A stretch of DNA of 63,942 bases, counting the filler, from Nemertoderma westbladi (Eukaryota; Animalia; Xenacoelomorpha): the NCBI GenBank assembly GCA_032718475.1. It is 3 parts of 3 records of this genome, joined end to end, with 100 filler letters (N's around TTAATTAATTAA, not from the genome) between each part and the next. Parts side by side here need not be neighbours in the genome. Positions count along the whole stretch, not along the records: positions 31,066 to 55,405 come from JAUCBJ010002083.1; 2 more parts are not named here. One strand, 5' to 3'. Of this stretch, positions 36,328 to 47,956 are shown one piece after another. Made by a program: the position numbers and the translations under genes. The notes under the pieces were generated by a model. The model was not told where the DNA came from and did no database searches. It was given only the letters and a program-made list of their open reading frames with translations. Position 1 is the stretch's first letter, and every line of letters starts with the position of its first letter.

Positions 36328-37890
36328 ATGATGTATCGCACTTCTTTACTTCTGCTGATTTCGCTGTGCGCGGTTCAATGTCTACCTTTGAACCGCCTCA
36401 GACCATTAGTGGAGAGTTTATGCGACGAAGGACCGTCGTTCTGGTGTCATGATCCCGCATTTGCCAGTATCTGTGGTAAGTTGACCTTCTGTGAGGCAGT
36501 TTATTGGCTTCCCTCAGATGGAGGACTTCGAGGTCCAGTGAGCAGGACAACTCCTCTTGTCGATATTGAAAATATATTGTCTACGTCATCAAATTTATGG
36601 GAACCATTGCCATCCGTAACTGAAAACATCGGCGCCGGTGTTGAATGTGTTCTTTGCGAGTATATTTTGAAAGAAGTAGAACAATTTGTCACGAAAAATT
36701 CAACGGAGGCTGAAATTTCAGCAGTTCTTGAGAAAGTGTGTTCGATTCTTCCTTCTACAATTCATGAAGAGTGCGATAGTTTCATAGAACAATATGCTCC
36801 TGCCATAATCAATGTTTTAGTATACGAAGTTAAACCTCAGTTGGTCTGCACATGGATTGGTGTGTGCAAATCGACCACTCCTTCAAATCCTAGCTCAGAT
36901 TCATGGAAACTAGTACCAACGATTGAAATTGGTAACGACTTGGTTGTTGCCAATGTTGAATGCGTCCTTTGCGAATTTGTTTTTAAAGAAGTTGACAAAT
37001 TTGTTACGAAAGAGTCAACAGAAGCAGAAATTTCAGCTGTTCTTGGGAAAGTATGTTTAATTCTGCCTTCGACGATTCGTCAAGATTGCAATGGTTTAAT
37101 CGAACAGTATGCACCAGTTATAATTAATGCACTAGTAAACCAAATTCCACCGCAGCGGGTCTGTACATGGATAGGATTGTGCAAATCTTCTGTTGACTTT
37201 TCTTCAGCCTCAGAGAAATCAGCACCATCTAATGAACTTGGAGATGATTCCGTTGGTGCCAATACTGAGTGCGTTCTTTGCGAATTTGTTCTTAAAGAAG
37301 TGGACAAGTTTGTGTCAAAAGAATCCACAGAAGCTGAAATCGCCTCTGTCCTTGAGAAAGTTTGTTTGATACTTCCTCCGACTATTCGTCAAGAGTGCGA
37401 CAGTTTCATAGAACAGTATACCCCTGCTATAATTAATCTTCTAGTAAATCAAGTTCAACCCCAGTTGGTCTGCACATGGATTAGCTTGTGCAAATCTGCT
37501 GTCCCCGTGTCTTCAGCTTCGGATTTATTGATACCAGTACCATCTAATGATCATGGAAAGGATACTGTTGGCGCCAATATTGAGTGCGTTCTTTGTGAAT
37601 TTGTTATGCAGGAGGTAGAAAAATATTTGTCAAAGAATTCAACAGAAACCGAAATTACAGCCATTTTAGAGAAAATCTGCTCGATTTTTCCGTCGACAAT
37701 TCAGGAAGAGTGTGATGATTGGGTTGATATGTATGCCTCCGTTTTAATCAACGTTCTAGTACAACAAGTTCCCCCAAACAAGGCGTGCACGTTGATTGGC
37801 TTGTGTAAGTCGGTTTCTGAACCATATGTTATCCAACCTCGAGTGTACATCCGCAGAAACACTGAAGTCAATACAAATATGTTTCTTTGA
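36328..37890 (+). CDS. PSAP: Prosaposin-like protein, intronless
   Basis: Signal peptide, SapA domain (CDEGPSFWC...C...C...W) and four SapB domains (ECVLCE...C...C...C...C). Confidence 0.88.
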   Translation: MMYRTSLLLLISLCAVQCLPLNRLRPLVESLCDEGPSFWCHDPAFASICGKLTFCEAVYWLPSDGGLRGPVSRTTPLVDIENILSTSSNLWEPLPSVTENIGAGVECVLCEYILKEVEQFVTKNSTEAEISAVLEKVCSILPSTIHEECDSFIEQYAPAIINVLVYEVKPQLVCTWIGVCKSTTPSNPSSDSWKLVPTIEIGNDLVVANVECVLCEFVFKEVDKFVTKESTEAEISAVLGKVCLILPSTIRQDCNGLIEQYAPVIINALVNQIPPQRVCTWIGLCKSSVDFSSASEKSAPSNELGDDSVGANTECVLCEFVLKEVDKFVSKESTEAEIASVLEKVCLILPPTIRQECDSFIEQYTPAIINLLVNQVQPQLVCTWISLCKSAVPVSSASDLLIPVPSNDHGKDTVGANIECVLCEFVMQEVEKYLSKNSTETEITAILEKICSIFPSTIQEECDDWVDMYASVLINVLVQQVPPNKACTLIGLCKSVSEPYVIQPRVYIRRNTEVNTNMFL

Positions 37891-38525
37891 TTAGGTTGTT
37901 TAATTGTTTTATAAAATTTTACTAATTATTGACGCACTTTGGTTATTTGTGTATTAATTTTAGTTCATTATACATAAGTTCTAATTTTTTACAATGAGTA
38001 AATTTACATGCAATGTATAGCTACCAACTCAATATACACCTTGGTACAGTTTCCCTCATGTATGTAATGAATGCCCCTGAGCAATGCCCGATGTTTTCAT
38101 CTTAGCTTATTTTATTTGTTTTGCGTTTCGCTTCATTGTTAGAATACAATGACGATTAAAAGTTTAATTTATACAACTTAATTTGTAGCTTATTTAGTAA
38201 AGATAACGTGCAAATCATATTGTTGAATACTATCAACATTGATTATTTTTGTGCTAAGAATACATACAAATTACATACTAATATTTCAGTTGAATATAAA
38301 ATTCAAGAACAGGTTTTGATACAAGTAAGACATTTTTTTGATAGCGGATTACCCACAGCTTCCTCCTAGCAGTGCTGGTTACTGCCCACCCCTTTTCCCC
38401 CGAGGAAAGTACCATATTAAACAGTATAATAAAGTCATTGGTTGATATTCACCAGAGCTACTGTACTTATGACAGCGCAGCAAACATTGATGTAATTAAA
38501 AGCATAGTCAAATAAAGTTAGAGAG

Positions 38526-39201
38526 TCAATGCAACTTTCTGTAGCCGCAAAATACTTCAGTAAACGCCTTTCTAAATGACGGAAATATCATGTATGCCAC
38601 AATGTTCATATTAACCCCGTAAATATAAAGGTATGTAAACAATGAATCCACCAAACTATTTGTTGTTAGAATTCCTTGAATAACCAGTACGACGAAAATG
38701 AGTAATGGTGCTTGTGTAACAAACAGTATCACCATATGTATGATGGCAATAACTGCTAAGTTTATTTCGGCTCGGTTGCGAAATTTATTGACCTCGACTT
38801 TACGGGATTTACGCATCTCATTAATTCTGTGAATCAACAGCCCATTAACCACGACGGTGAGTGTCAGAGGCAGAACGAAAAATACACTCTGTGATGATAT
38901 AAGTAGGATGATACTGCTTTCTGGGAATATATCGACCTCGTCGCAGTCAAATCCTTGTCTAACTGCCCCTTTGTAGAAGTAAGTGACGAGTTTTGGTTTT
39001 TGTAAGAACCATTCGTAGACAGCCCCCAATGCCGCCAACACATAGGCGCTTACTATCATCAACATGGGCTTCCAACTCATTTTGTTGTAGACCGATGCGT
39101 GGTGTACGGGATACTTCAAGGCTATAAGACGTTCCAAACATAGCATCAGGGTTAGTTGGGGTTTTACGTGGGCAAGGGTAGTTCCCATGAAACTCCCGTA
39201 C
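38526..39201 (-). CDS. Rhodopsin-family orphan GPCR, exon 2
   Basis: Acceptor TTATTTCAG at 39202; TM3 LCLERLIALKYP, TM5 VLPLTLTVVVN, TM7/H8 NIVAYMIFPSFRKAF. Confidence 0.8.
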
Positions 39202-39633
39202 CTGAAATAAACAAAATAATTCGAGCACCTATTCAAAAATTTTTTTAAATTTATCTTACGGAATTGCTGATCATTGGTTCCATTAGCTGTAATATTTGGA
39301 GTTAATGGCGCCAATTGACTGCAAACACGACCTTTGTGTGTTTATTGGGTTTAAAAATTAAATTGGATTTACTTCTAAACATTAAGGGGAATGAGCAGGT
39401 TATGGTGATGGTGGTTTAACCAAACCAATAAACGAAACTTTATATCACGTGCGGTCAGTTTTCAGAATTTTCCAAAAGTGAAACTATTTATCTATAAAGT
39501 ATGTATTTTTTAGTTAGGCTTATTATGAACACAGAGATTTCAAAAATGAAAGTAAGTTTCTGGAGTAATACCCGCAGCAAGCCACTGTAGTAGTTGACAC
39601 AATATTGAATGTTGTTAGATTCTCGTTACCTAC

Positions 39634-39905
39634 CCGCAAAGTTTTCCAAAATTAAAGTAAGGTTTGGGAAGCCATTGAGGTAGAATGTTATGAATGACCA
39701 CTGAACCGCCGATCCATTGCAGTACATCTCCTATTATTAGAGCTACAAAAAACCGCGCACTGGTCGTGTTACTAAGGGAACTCCGGGTGAAAACCAGTAG
39801 ACATACAATACTGGCTGTCAGTCCCATTGTAGGTAAGACTATATCGATGTACGGCATTATTGGATCGCGAGTCCATTGCTCTATCGTAGAGTCGTTTATA
39901 GTCAT
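39634..39905 (-). CDS. Rhodopsin-family orphan GPCR, exon 1
   Basis: ATG 39905; TM1 IVLPTMGLTASIVCLLVF, TM2 FVALIIGD. Phase-2 donor GG|GTAGGT joins exon 2 in frame (KLCGYGSF), giving 315 aa. Confidence 0.8.
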
Positions 39906-42900
39906 CTTTGTAGTCTTCAATATAATAGTATTTAATTAAGACGTAAAGTAAAGTGAATTAAAGATAAACTAATTATTTAATTTATTAATTAAAATTAGAT
40001 AATATGATACAACCTCTCATCACTATGTGACTCAGTCCACAATTTTCACATAAAACCATTTTTTTTTAGTAAATTTTCTTATAAAACCTTTGTTATATTC
40101 GGCCAGTACTGATTCCTCCGCTGTTTTATAGCCAATCTGTGTCAATTTCCTGTGGTTTAGTAATGGGAATAAGCACCAAAGAAATCGGAAAGACCCAGGA
40201 AATTACGGTGAATTAAATCGATTATAAAGTTTGATCTTTTTAACGCATGGCTGCTTGCGTTCTTATTACGTATTTTAATGAGTTTTTTAATTTTTTATGA
40301 GTTAGCTCTATTGGATTTAATTGGCTAATTGAGTAATAAGTAATTTATATTTATATTTAAGAACACTAATAAATGCTAAAGTAATGCCAAATGTGAATGT
40401 ATAACTTGAATTGAGAAACGTCTTCAATTAATATGTATGATATTTGTGAAGAATGCAGGTTTGTGTGAATCACCCTGGTAATATCTTATGACATTGATGT
40501 CATAATCAATATTAATTATATAATGTGAACCAGTACAGTTACAATAAATAAGTTGCGTTACTATACAATAACTGTAGGTGTCATACAACGTTGTTTCAAG
40601 CGATTAACCTCTTTTTGGTAGGTCCATCTAAACATGGACCTTAAAATACCAATGCTCGAGCTTGTTGCGTGAACATATACTGTTTTTTTCTCTTAATACT
40701 GGTAATATATAATATATAATAATAATAATAGTAATGCACGAAAACACTTTTCTAATTATATATTGTGTCACACGTTAATAATAATTTTTAGAAGGTAATT
40801 TTTCTGTTTTTTACCAAGCTTGCCTGAAACATTCATAATAGTTATAGATACAATGGGTTTATGCGTGGATATTTATGGATATCTAATGTTTGACAACATT
40901 AACGAATTTATCATATATTATTAATACGCAACAATAATGCAAGTAATATACAATATAACATGTATGTATTCTCTTTGAAGAATGCATATAATAGTAACAT
41001 AGAGTGTGTGTGTTCCATGATATGAATATATTGGTATAGTAAGGGGTATTTAATTATCTTAGAGAAAACATATTCTCCTGTGCATGTATGTTTCATGAAA
41101 CGCGAAGTACCAATTTATCTGCAATAATTGATAAGAAATTTATTCGCTAACTGATTTTCTTGTCAATAAAAAAATCAAAACAAACAAACAAAATAACAAC
41201 AAACAAAATCATTCTATAGTAAACCTAATGTTCTAGAATATTCTATTAATGACTTTCTAATTTACATTTTCTCTGTGAAGATATCCATGAACAATATAAT
41301 TATAGTCTGGCTTTCTTTTCTCTTCGTTCTTCAAAATAGAATGACCGCCATGTCCCTAAATTAATTTAGTCCCTATATTTATATCAATTTTTCTGAGAAA
41401 AGTCACAGTTACACAGTTAAAAGTTCACAGTTAACCATTTAAATGATAGTAAAGGGTTTACTATTATTCTAGTTTCTAGTGAGTACTAATTGTGTCAAGT
41501 GTTAAGCTTATCTATTTTTTCCTTTTCGCGCAAATAAATTGATATTAATTTTCTACAGAATATGATGTAGGTACATGATTAAATTCCGTCTATAAACTTT
41601 TCTTTATATAGCAATAAACGATTTTTGGAAAGAGCTGTACTGCATTTTCCCATCTCAGTTATTTCTTTAGGATTAGGTTATCGTTACAGTAGTGTAAGTG
41701 TAAATGTTTCTAACCAAAACAATAAACGAATTTCCCTTTTTATTTGTGTCCATTTTCCCTTTTGAGCGCTTTTATTTTACGTCGTGACTACTTTCTCTTA
41801 TTCTCCCCATGCTGCATTACATAAAGAAATTAAAAATACAGTAACAATAGTAGATCAGTGATACATTGCGTACGGGCGAAGGTTTTTTTTGGCTTGTATC
41901 TGTGACGCAAATAACTACTGTAGGCACTAGAGTATTGTACCTGTAATGAGTACACCAGAGGCTAACTGTTGTCGCTGTGTCACTATATGTTTGGTTGGGA
42001 GTAATCTGTTATTAACGTCGATTTTCCCCTGGAAAGGGATGAATTTTGATTCCGTCGCCTATCTGAGACTACCAATGTCATCGACGATTATATATCCAAC
42101 CCCCAGGTGCTGAGGTGGCTACAGCCATTTAATTTCAGGAGCTTCGCATTACTAATTGTTGTTGGTTTTTTTATTACCTGCACGTGATTACTACGGATTA
42201 GGCTTACCCGTGTACGTACATGTTACAGGGACAGGAATTAACCCGTGTAACCTACAGGTTTGAGGAACACTGATAGTGAAGGTCAGCAGTGTTCCGAGTG
42301 TTGGCACCACTAAAGTTTGATTGCAATCTAAATGTCTATGGGAATGTAACTAACTGGTTGTGGGGCGAGCCACGGAAGTAAGCGAGCTTAGCATACGGGT
42401 ACCACTAACTCAATCGGTGTGTCTGTCGTTCTGTTGTTCGGTTGTGTTCAATTTTAAACGTTAATAACGCAGCCAAATGTTAATGAAATCTATCCAAACT
42501 TGGTACACATGTAGTCTGGCAAAAGTTTAGAAATTTTACAAGTTGAATTTCCGTGTGGCCTTCGAGAAGCTAAGATAATAGCAGTTAATTAGTTAATTAA
42601 GTTGATAACAGGTAAAAAGGGTAAAAACAGCATTTTCAACCTGCCTCTTAAAGGAAATTAATTATTTTCTAGTATAAGATTTAAATAATTATACTTAAAA
42701 ATTATACAACTGTATTCCCCATAGCCCATTCCATTATAGTTTTTAATTAGTTCATTTAACAATGTTAAACAGTGTTAACAATGATAAATTAATATCTCAG
42801 TATCAATACTATCGGAATAAGGTAAGTTTTATATTTATTATTACAAATTGGGTCGCCTCCACGCCTAAAATATTTAATATATTACTTTGAGTTTAACATG

Positions 42901-43362
42901 TTGATGTTACCAATAACATGAGTTTATTAATTTCTTTGTTGATTAAGTAAATTAAATAATATGCTTCCAGTTGTATTTTATGTTATATGAAAAATAAATA
43001 TAACATATTACTTTTAAAACACAAATTTTATGTTAATACCTATGCCTTTCATCAATCCTGTGTGCGCCTTTGGGTTGGGGTGGTGCAGATTAAGAGGGAG
43101 GTTAAGAGGGGGGGGGGGGGGGGGGGGGGCTTTTTACCCCTCTCTTTGATTTATTGGTGTTTGGTAAAATTTCTTAGATACCGAGTTTGTGATTATTAAT
43201 CTGTATCTCATAACTGAGTCTCGTGCTGCGCGAAGTCCCCACGAACGTGTTTATCTGTTTGACTTGTATAATAACTGAATAGGGCCCAATGTGATACTAC
43301 ACTGTGCTGATACAGTGTGCTTTTCATTTTTCTGCTTATTACTGCTATTCAGTTATTTTATA

Positions 43363-45767
43363 CGGTGGTGATTTGGGGCCATAAAAAATATGCCTAAAAT
43401 ATTTGCTGTGAGAACAAATTAGGAATATTTTTTCAGAAAAAAAATTAGGAATTTTTTTCCAGAAAAAAAATTAGGAATATTTTTTCGAGCAAAAAAGAAA
43501 TAGGAATATTTATAAACTTAATAGGCCAACGTAATCACGGGTACTATTAGTTTATGACCACGACTACCTACAGTACATGTTATTCTGTTATTAGTTCTGA
43601 CAATACTGTAGTACAGTATTAACATGTCTAATGCTCAAACAATTGTGCCGCTATCCAGTCAACATCTTGAAGATTATTATTGGGATGGCCTAATAGCGCT
43701 GAAATAAATGATGATTCCAGAAGACATGGAACCTTAGACTGTTGACTTAAAACTCTGAGTTGCTAAGTGCAAAATGGCTAAATACGGTACTGAATAGGCC
43801 TAGCCTACAACACCGTGTATTCTTAGGGTATAACTTTTGCGTAGAGGTATAGCCTACATAGAGGCTACATGTAGATGCACGTGTAGGGTGAATGTAGGTA
43901 GGTGTAGGTAGGTCTTTAAAAACAACAATGATGAATGAATAGGCCTACACGGGGTACCCGGACCCGAACTTCCTCGATGAGATGCGCATGCGGCGAACGG
44001 GGGTGGTACCCGGAACAACCACGAAGAGATGCGCATATGGCGGGCGGTGGTACCCGAAACAACCAGGAGGAGATCTGGAGATGCGAATACGTCGAATGGG
44101 GGTCCCCTGAATACCCACGAGACGGAGCCTATCAATTCTACAGTACTGACAAAGGAAAAAACGACTGAACGATATACCGATACATACTGTAGATCTTATG
44201 ATCCTGCATCCTGCGGGTTCAGGCATGGAGGCTAATGACTTTGTATGGGCCGAACGGCCCGAACCTGATGTTTCCAGTCAAGGAGGAATCGACTAACGGT
44301 TAGGGTTAGAGCTCGTCGTCGGTGTCCATGAGGGTCTGAGGATGAGTGGGTAATTCAACAAAACGCTAACAATGATACCGGACTGACTGATTGAACCAGA
44401 GTGGCGATGGTAGTCGCTGATGTATATATATTATATATATCATGTATTGATTGTTAGTAGATATTTTTTTATAGTATTTGTTTATTAAATTGTCTTCAAT
44501 GTCTATATTGATAATATTGTGTGCTGTGCTGATTTTACTTATTTTTCATTTTATAAATCTTGCTGTGGCCGTTTTAATCTACTAAACTGCCGTATCAATT
44601 TCATGATATTTTAATGGATATGCAATTTAACTTCTTCTTTCTATTAACTTTCAATGCAATCAAATATAACTGTAAAGCTATTGACTTTCGTGTTATTGTT
44701 TTGCTGTTACTTCGAGATGGGATTTGAATCCCATCGGATTACTGATTAATTCCCATCATCGAGATGGGAATACTTTATAATGAAACAGTGTGGTGGTCCG
44801 CGGGATAGTGGGAAGGGATGGGACAGTTGCTGGTTTGGTGGAATGTGACTGCCTGAAAAATTAAAACAAACAAAACTTCCAGACTTCTATATTTTTACTT
44901 TCAAAACAAAACGTCCAAAACATTTCAATGCTGAAGTACTGTTCAAGTCCCATGGATGTATGGTTGATAAAGAGGGGCAGAGGGGGGTCAGGGTTTCTGG
45001 TAGACTATAGTCCCCGCGATGATGGCTGTTCTTGTTTAGGTTACTCTTACTTAATAAACATATAAATCAGAACGAGTTAATCTAATGGAACGATGCCTTT
45101 CGTGGCGTTAGCATACTCAAATTTATTAGGGCATAATATTTATGACGAGTAAGGGACTTTAGTATAATCAGAACGCGATGTTTGATATTTATACAGTACT
45201 GCAGTATGCAGTAAAACCTGTTGTCTGACAGCAGACAGGTCTGCAGGTTGATGTACCGTATTGTACCGTGGAGATCAGAGATTATTGCCATACATCCTGA
45301 TTGACGACCGTGTATCACGTTACTGCAAGTTGACACATAAATTACATTAATATCTATGGGACTACACCTACCTACATTCACCCTACACGTGCACCTACAT
45401 GTAGGCTACACATACCTACATGAAGCCTCTATGTAGGCTATACCTCTACGCAAAAGATGTACCCGTATTCTTATGCTTATAGCTTTACTAACTACAAACT
45501 AAAGAAAGAAGTCTGTGCCGGTACTACAGTGCTACTGCTACAGTACTAGCTCTGCTGCTCTGTAGCTGACTGGACAGCAGTCTACAGGTCTCAGGTCTAG
45601 TACCGGTACTCTGGTACTTTAAACATTCTACAGTCTTGTCTGTTGTCTTGTCAGTAACAAGCAGTCAGATAATTATGGTGGTGATTTTTTTATCTGGAAA
45701 AATATTCCTAATTTGTTCTCACAGCAAATATTTTAGGCATATTTTTTATGGCCCCAAATCACCACCG
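43363..45767. mobile_element. Non-autonomous Tc1/mariner-type element with a nested insertion
   Basis: About 70-bp TIR CGGTGGTGATTTGGGGCCATAAAAAATATGCC, with TA on both flanks. Confidence 0.85.
43826..45464. mobile_element. Mutator-like non-autonomous element nested in the previous element
   Basis: TIR GGGTA..CTTTTGCGTAGAGGTATAGCCTACATAGAGGCT...; 9-bp TSD GTATTCTTA at 43817-43825 and 45465-45473. Confidence 0.88.
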
Positions 45768-46037
45768 TAATTTTCGAAAGAGAATCTAATAACAGAATAA
45801 AGAGTAGATGGATCGGTGGCAACACCTTGGTCGGTGGACTTATCCTCTTATAATAATCTACTGTACCCTGTCAGCCTGTACGTACATACCTGTACGGTAT
45901 CCGGGTATGTGAATCTAGGGGTGTCCTACGTCCTTAATCCTGTAATCCTATCACTACAGCCAGCAGATTACAGTTGGCATACTAACTATCTTACCAACCA
46001 TACGTATACGGCGGACTGACAGGTGCGTCATCTGGTC

Positions 46038-46937
46038 ATGGCATACCAAGTAACTTCTGTCGATGCGTCGTTGCGAGGCCAGCAATCCCGTTTAACACAA
46101 TCCCAGTTCTCTCAGCACAAATCAACTAGTACTAATAGGCCTAACGATATCGCTACCGGTACCGAACCTACAGATGATTATTACCTCCGTCGTTTTCCGT
46201 TGCGGACCGGAAAACCCTCGTCTACAAATCCCTCGTCGGGTTATCCTAGTAACCCCAGATGGTATAAACCAGTCGCTGTAGGGAATCAGTCCCACAATGT
46301 CCGAAACAATGATAAACACCCAAAACCTGCGGAATTAACTATCGACGGGAGTTGTTACGATGTAATGAGTAATAATAATTCTGGGCGAACGAATAAGTGG
46401 TGCGAATCTATTAATCTTAGAAGCGTAGACGTGCAGCAGTCATCAGGACAATTACCCGTGGAGCAACAGATACAAGCGATGACGCAAGAGTTGGAAAACC
46501 AGTTGGAAATATCTCGAATAAACGAGGAGGATTCCTTCGGGCTGTGCGCCGAGTGCCGCACCGAGGTTATCGGGGTGGGAGAGGCATGCGAGGCGATGGG
46601 GCGCATCTACCACAGCCGCTGCTTCGTGTGCAGCAGTTGCGGTCGTCGTCTTCGGGGTAAGAACTTCTATTGGATCGACGAAGGGCGGGTTTACTGCGAG
46701 GAGGACTACCTGTATTCCGGGTTCCAACAGACCGCGGATTCCTGCGGCCACTGCCATCATCCCATCATGGAGAGCATACTCTACGCCGTGGGTAAGTCCT
46801 TCCATCCGCAATGCTTCCGTTGTTCCACGTGTAACGAGTGTCTGGATGGAGTTCCCTTTGGTATCGGGATTAACTATAAACCTTATTGCACAGCTCACTA
46901 CTACCAGGAGGACGGATATTCGGATAAGTTTGTTTGA
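46038..46937 (+). CDS. Ajuba/WTIP/LIMD1-family LIM protein with only two LIM domains
   Basis: FGLCAEC...ACEAMGRIYHSRCFVCSSCGRRLRGKNFY...VYCEEDYLYSGFQQTAD is typical of the family. A second LIM follows, then a stop. Confidence 0.85.
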   Translation: MAYQVTSVDASLRGQQSRLTQSQFSQHKSTSTNRPNDIATGTEPTDDYYLRRFPLRTGKPSSTNPSSGYPSNPRWYKPVAVGNQSHNVRNNDKHPKPAELTIDGSCYDVMSNNNSGRTNKWCESINLRSVDVQQSSGQLPVEQQIQAMTQELENQLEISRINEEDSFGLCAECRTEVIGVGEACEAMGRIYHSRCFVCSSCGRRLRGKNFYWIDEGRVYCEEDYLYSGFQQTADSCGHCHHPIMESILYAVGKSFHPQCFRCSTCNECLDGVPFGIGINYKPYCTAHYYQEDGYSDKFV

Positions 46938-47732
46938 TTGATTAATATTGTCTTCCATGAACTCAACTTGTAATGTGTTCCTACACTACATTGTGCCTTG
47001 ACTTAGAGGTAGTTTTTCATTATTTAACCCAGCCACACCCTGTGTGGCAGGAAACTTTCGCACCGGTGACACAGCGCGACTGTCTCTATACTATTTGCTT
47101 AAGCGCTGACTTCTAGGCTCATTCGAAGTTCGAACCGCTTCGATATTCACGTAATCTTTGCAGACTCCAGTCCTGTCCAACACAACATGGGATGTTGACG
47201 ATATGTTATAGTCGTGTATATGAGACATTTGCGCAAAGTATCGCTTTGGTGCAATATATTTAAGGTGCTTCTGCGATCTTTAAATATAATTATTTTCAAA
47301 ATTAATTAAATTCGTTTGAAGTATTTTTTGAAATCAAATAGAACAAATTAATTGAGGGAGTGTGGCATAGTTACAGTGGAGTCCCAACCTACTAGATGTA
47401 TCTTTAGTATATCACGGCGCTATTTTATCAGAATATTTTATTTACTTAGATAATTTTATTTATTATTTTTAAATATAAGTTTTTTTTTTAATTTACAAGT
47501 AAGCTAAATACAATTGTTATGTTATTCGACTCTTTGTTTTATATTAATATAATAATAATAATAATTTTGCCGTAAAGCTTAGCCGTTGTGTAGAAACAGC
47601 TCAATATTAAAATCTGCTTATATTTCTTGAATTGGAGTTGAGCTGTTTAATATAACTGTAATTAAAGGTATACTATTATGGTTTTGCTCAGAAATGGAAA
47701 AAATGAGAAAGCGCGTCACCGGGGGTTGAACC

Positions 47733-47778
47733 AGCGCTGTGCGTACGTTTCAGCCTATCAGACCTCATCAGTAGCGCT
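47733..47778 (-). ncRNA. Minimal type I hammerhead ribozyme motif (cleavage triplet GCA, probably impaired)
   Basis: AGCGCUA-CUGAUGA-GGUCU gau AGGCU-GAAAC-GUAC-GCA-CAGCGCU. Confidence 0.7.
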
Positions 47779-47906
47779 AACCAGTTCAGCCACTTGTCCC
47801 TGACACTCACTCTCTCACCTAACCCACTTCTATTGAACAGGCAGTCTTAGTTTGCATATGGATTAGGTGGGAGAGTGAATGTTAGGGGCAAGTGGCTGAA
47901 CTGGTT

Positions 47907-47956
47907 AGCGCTACTGATGAGGCCTGATAGGCTGAATGAAACGTACGTATAGCGCT
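47907..47956 (+). ncRNA. Minimal type I hammerhead ribozyme motif (4-nt GAAU insertion before GAAAC)
   Basis: AGCGCUA-CUGAUGA-GGCCU gau AGGCU-gaau-GAAAC-GUAC-GUA^-UAGCGCU: 7-bp stem I, 5-bp stem II, 2-bp stem III with a palindromic GUAC loop. Confidence 0.72.
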
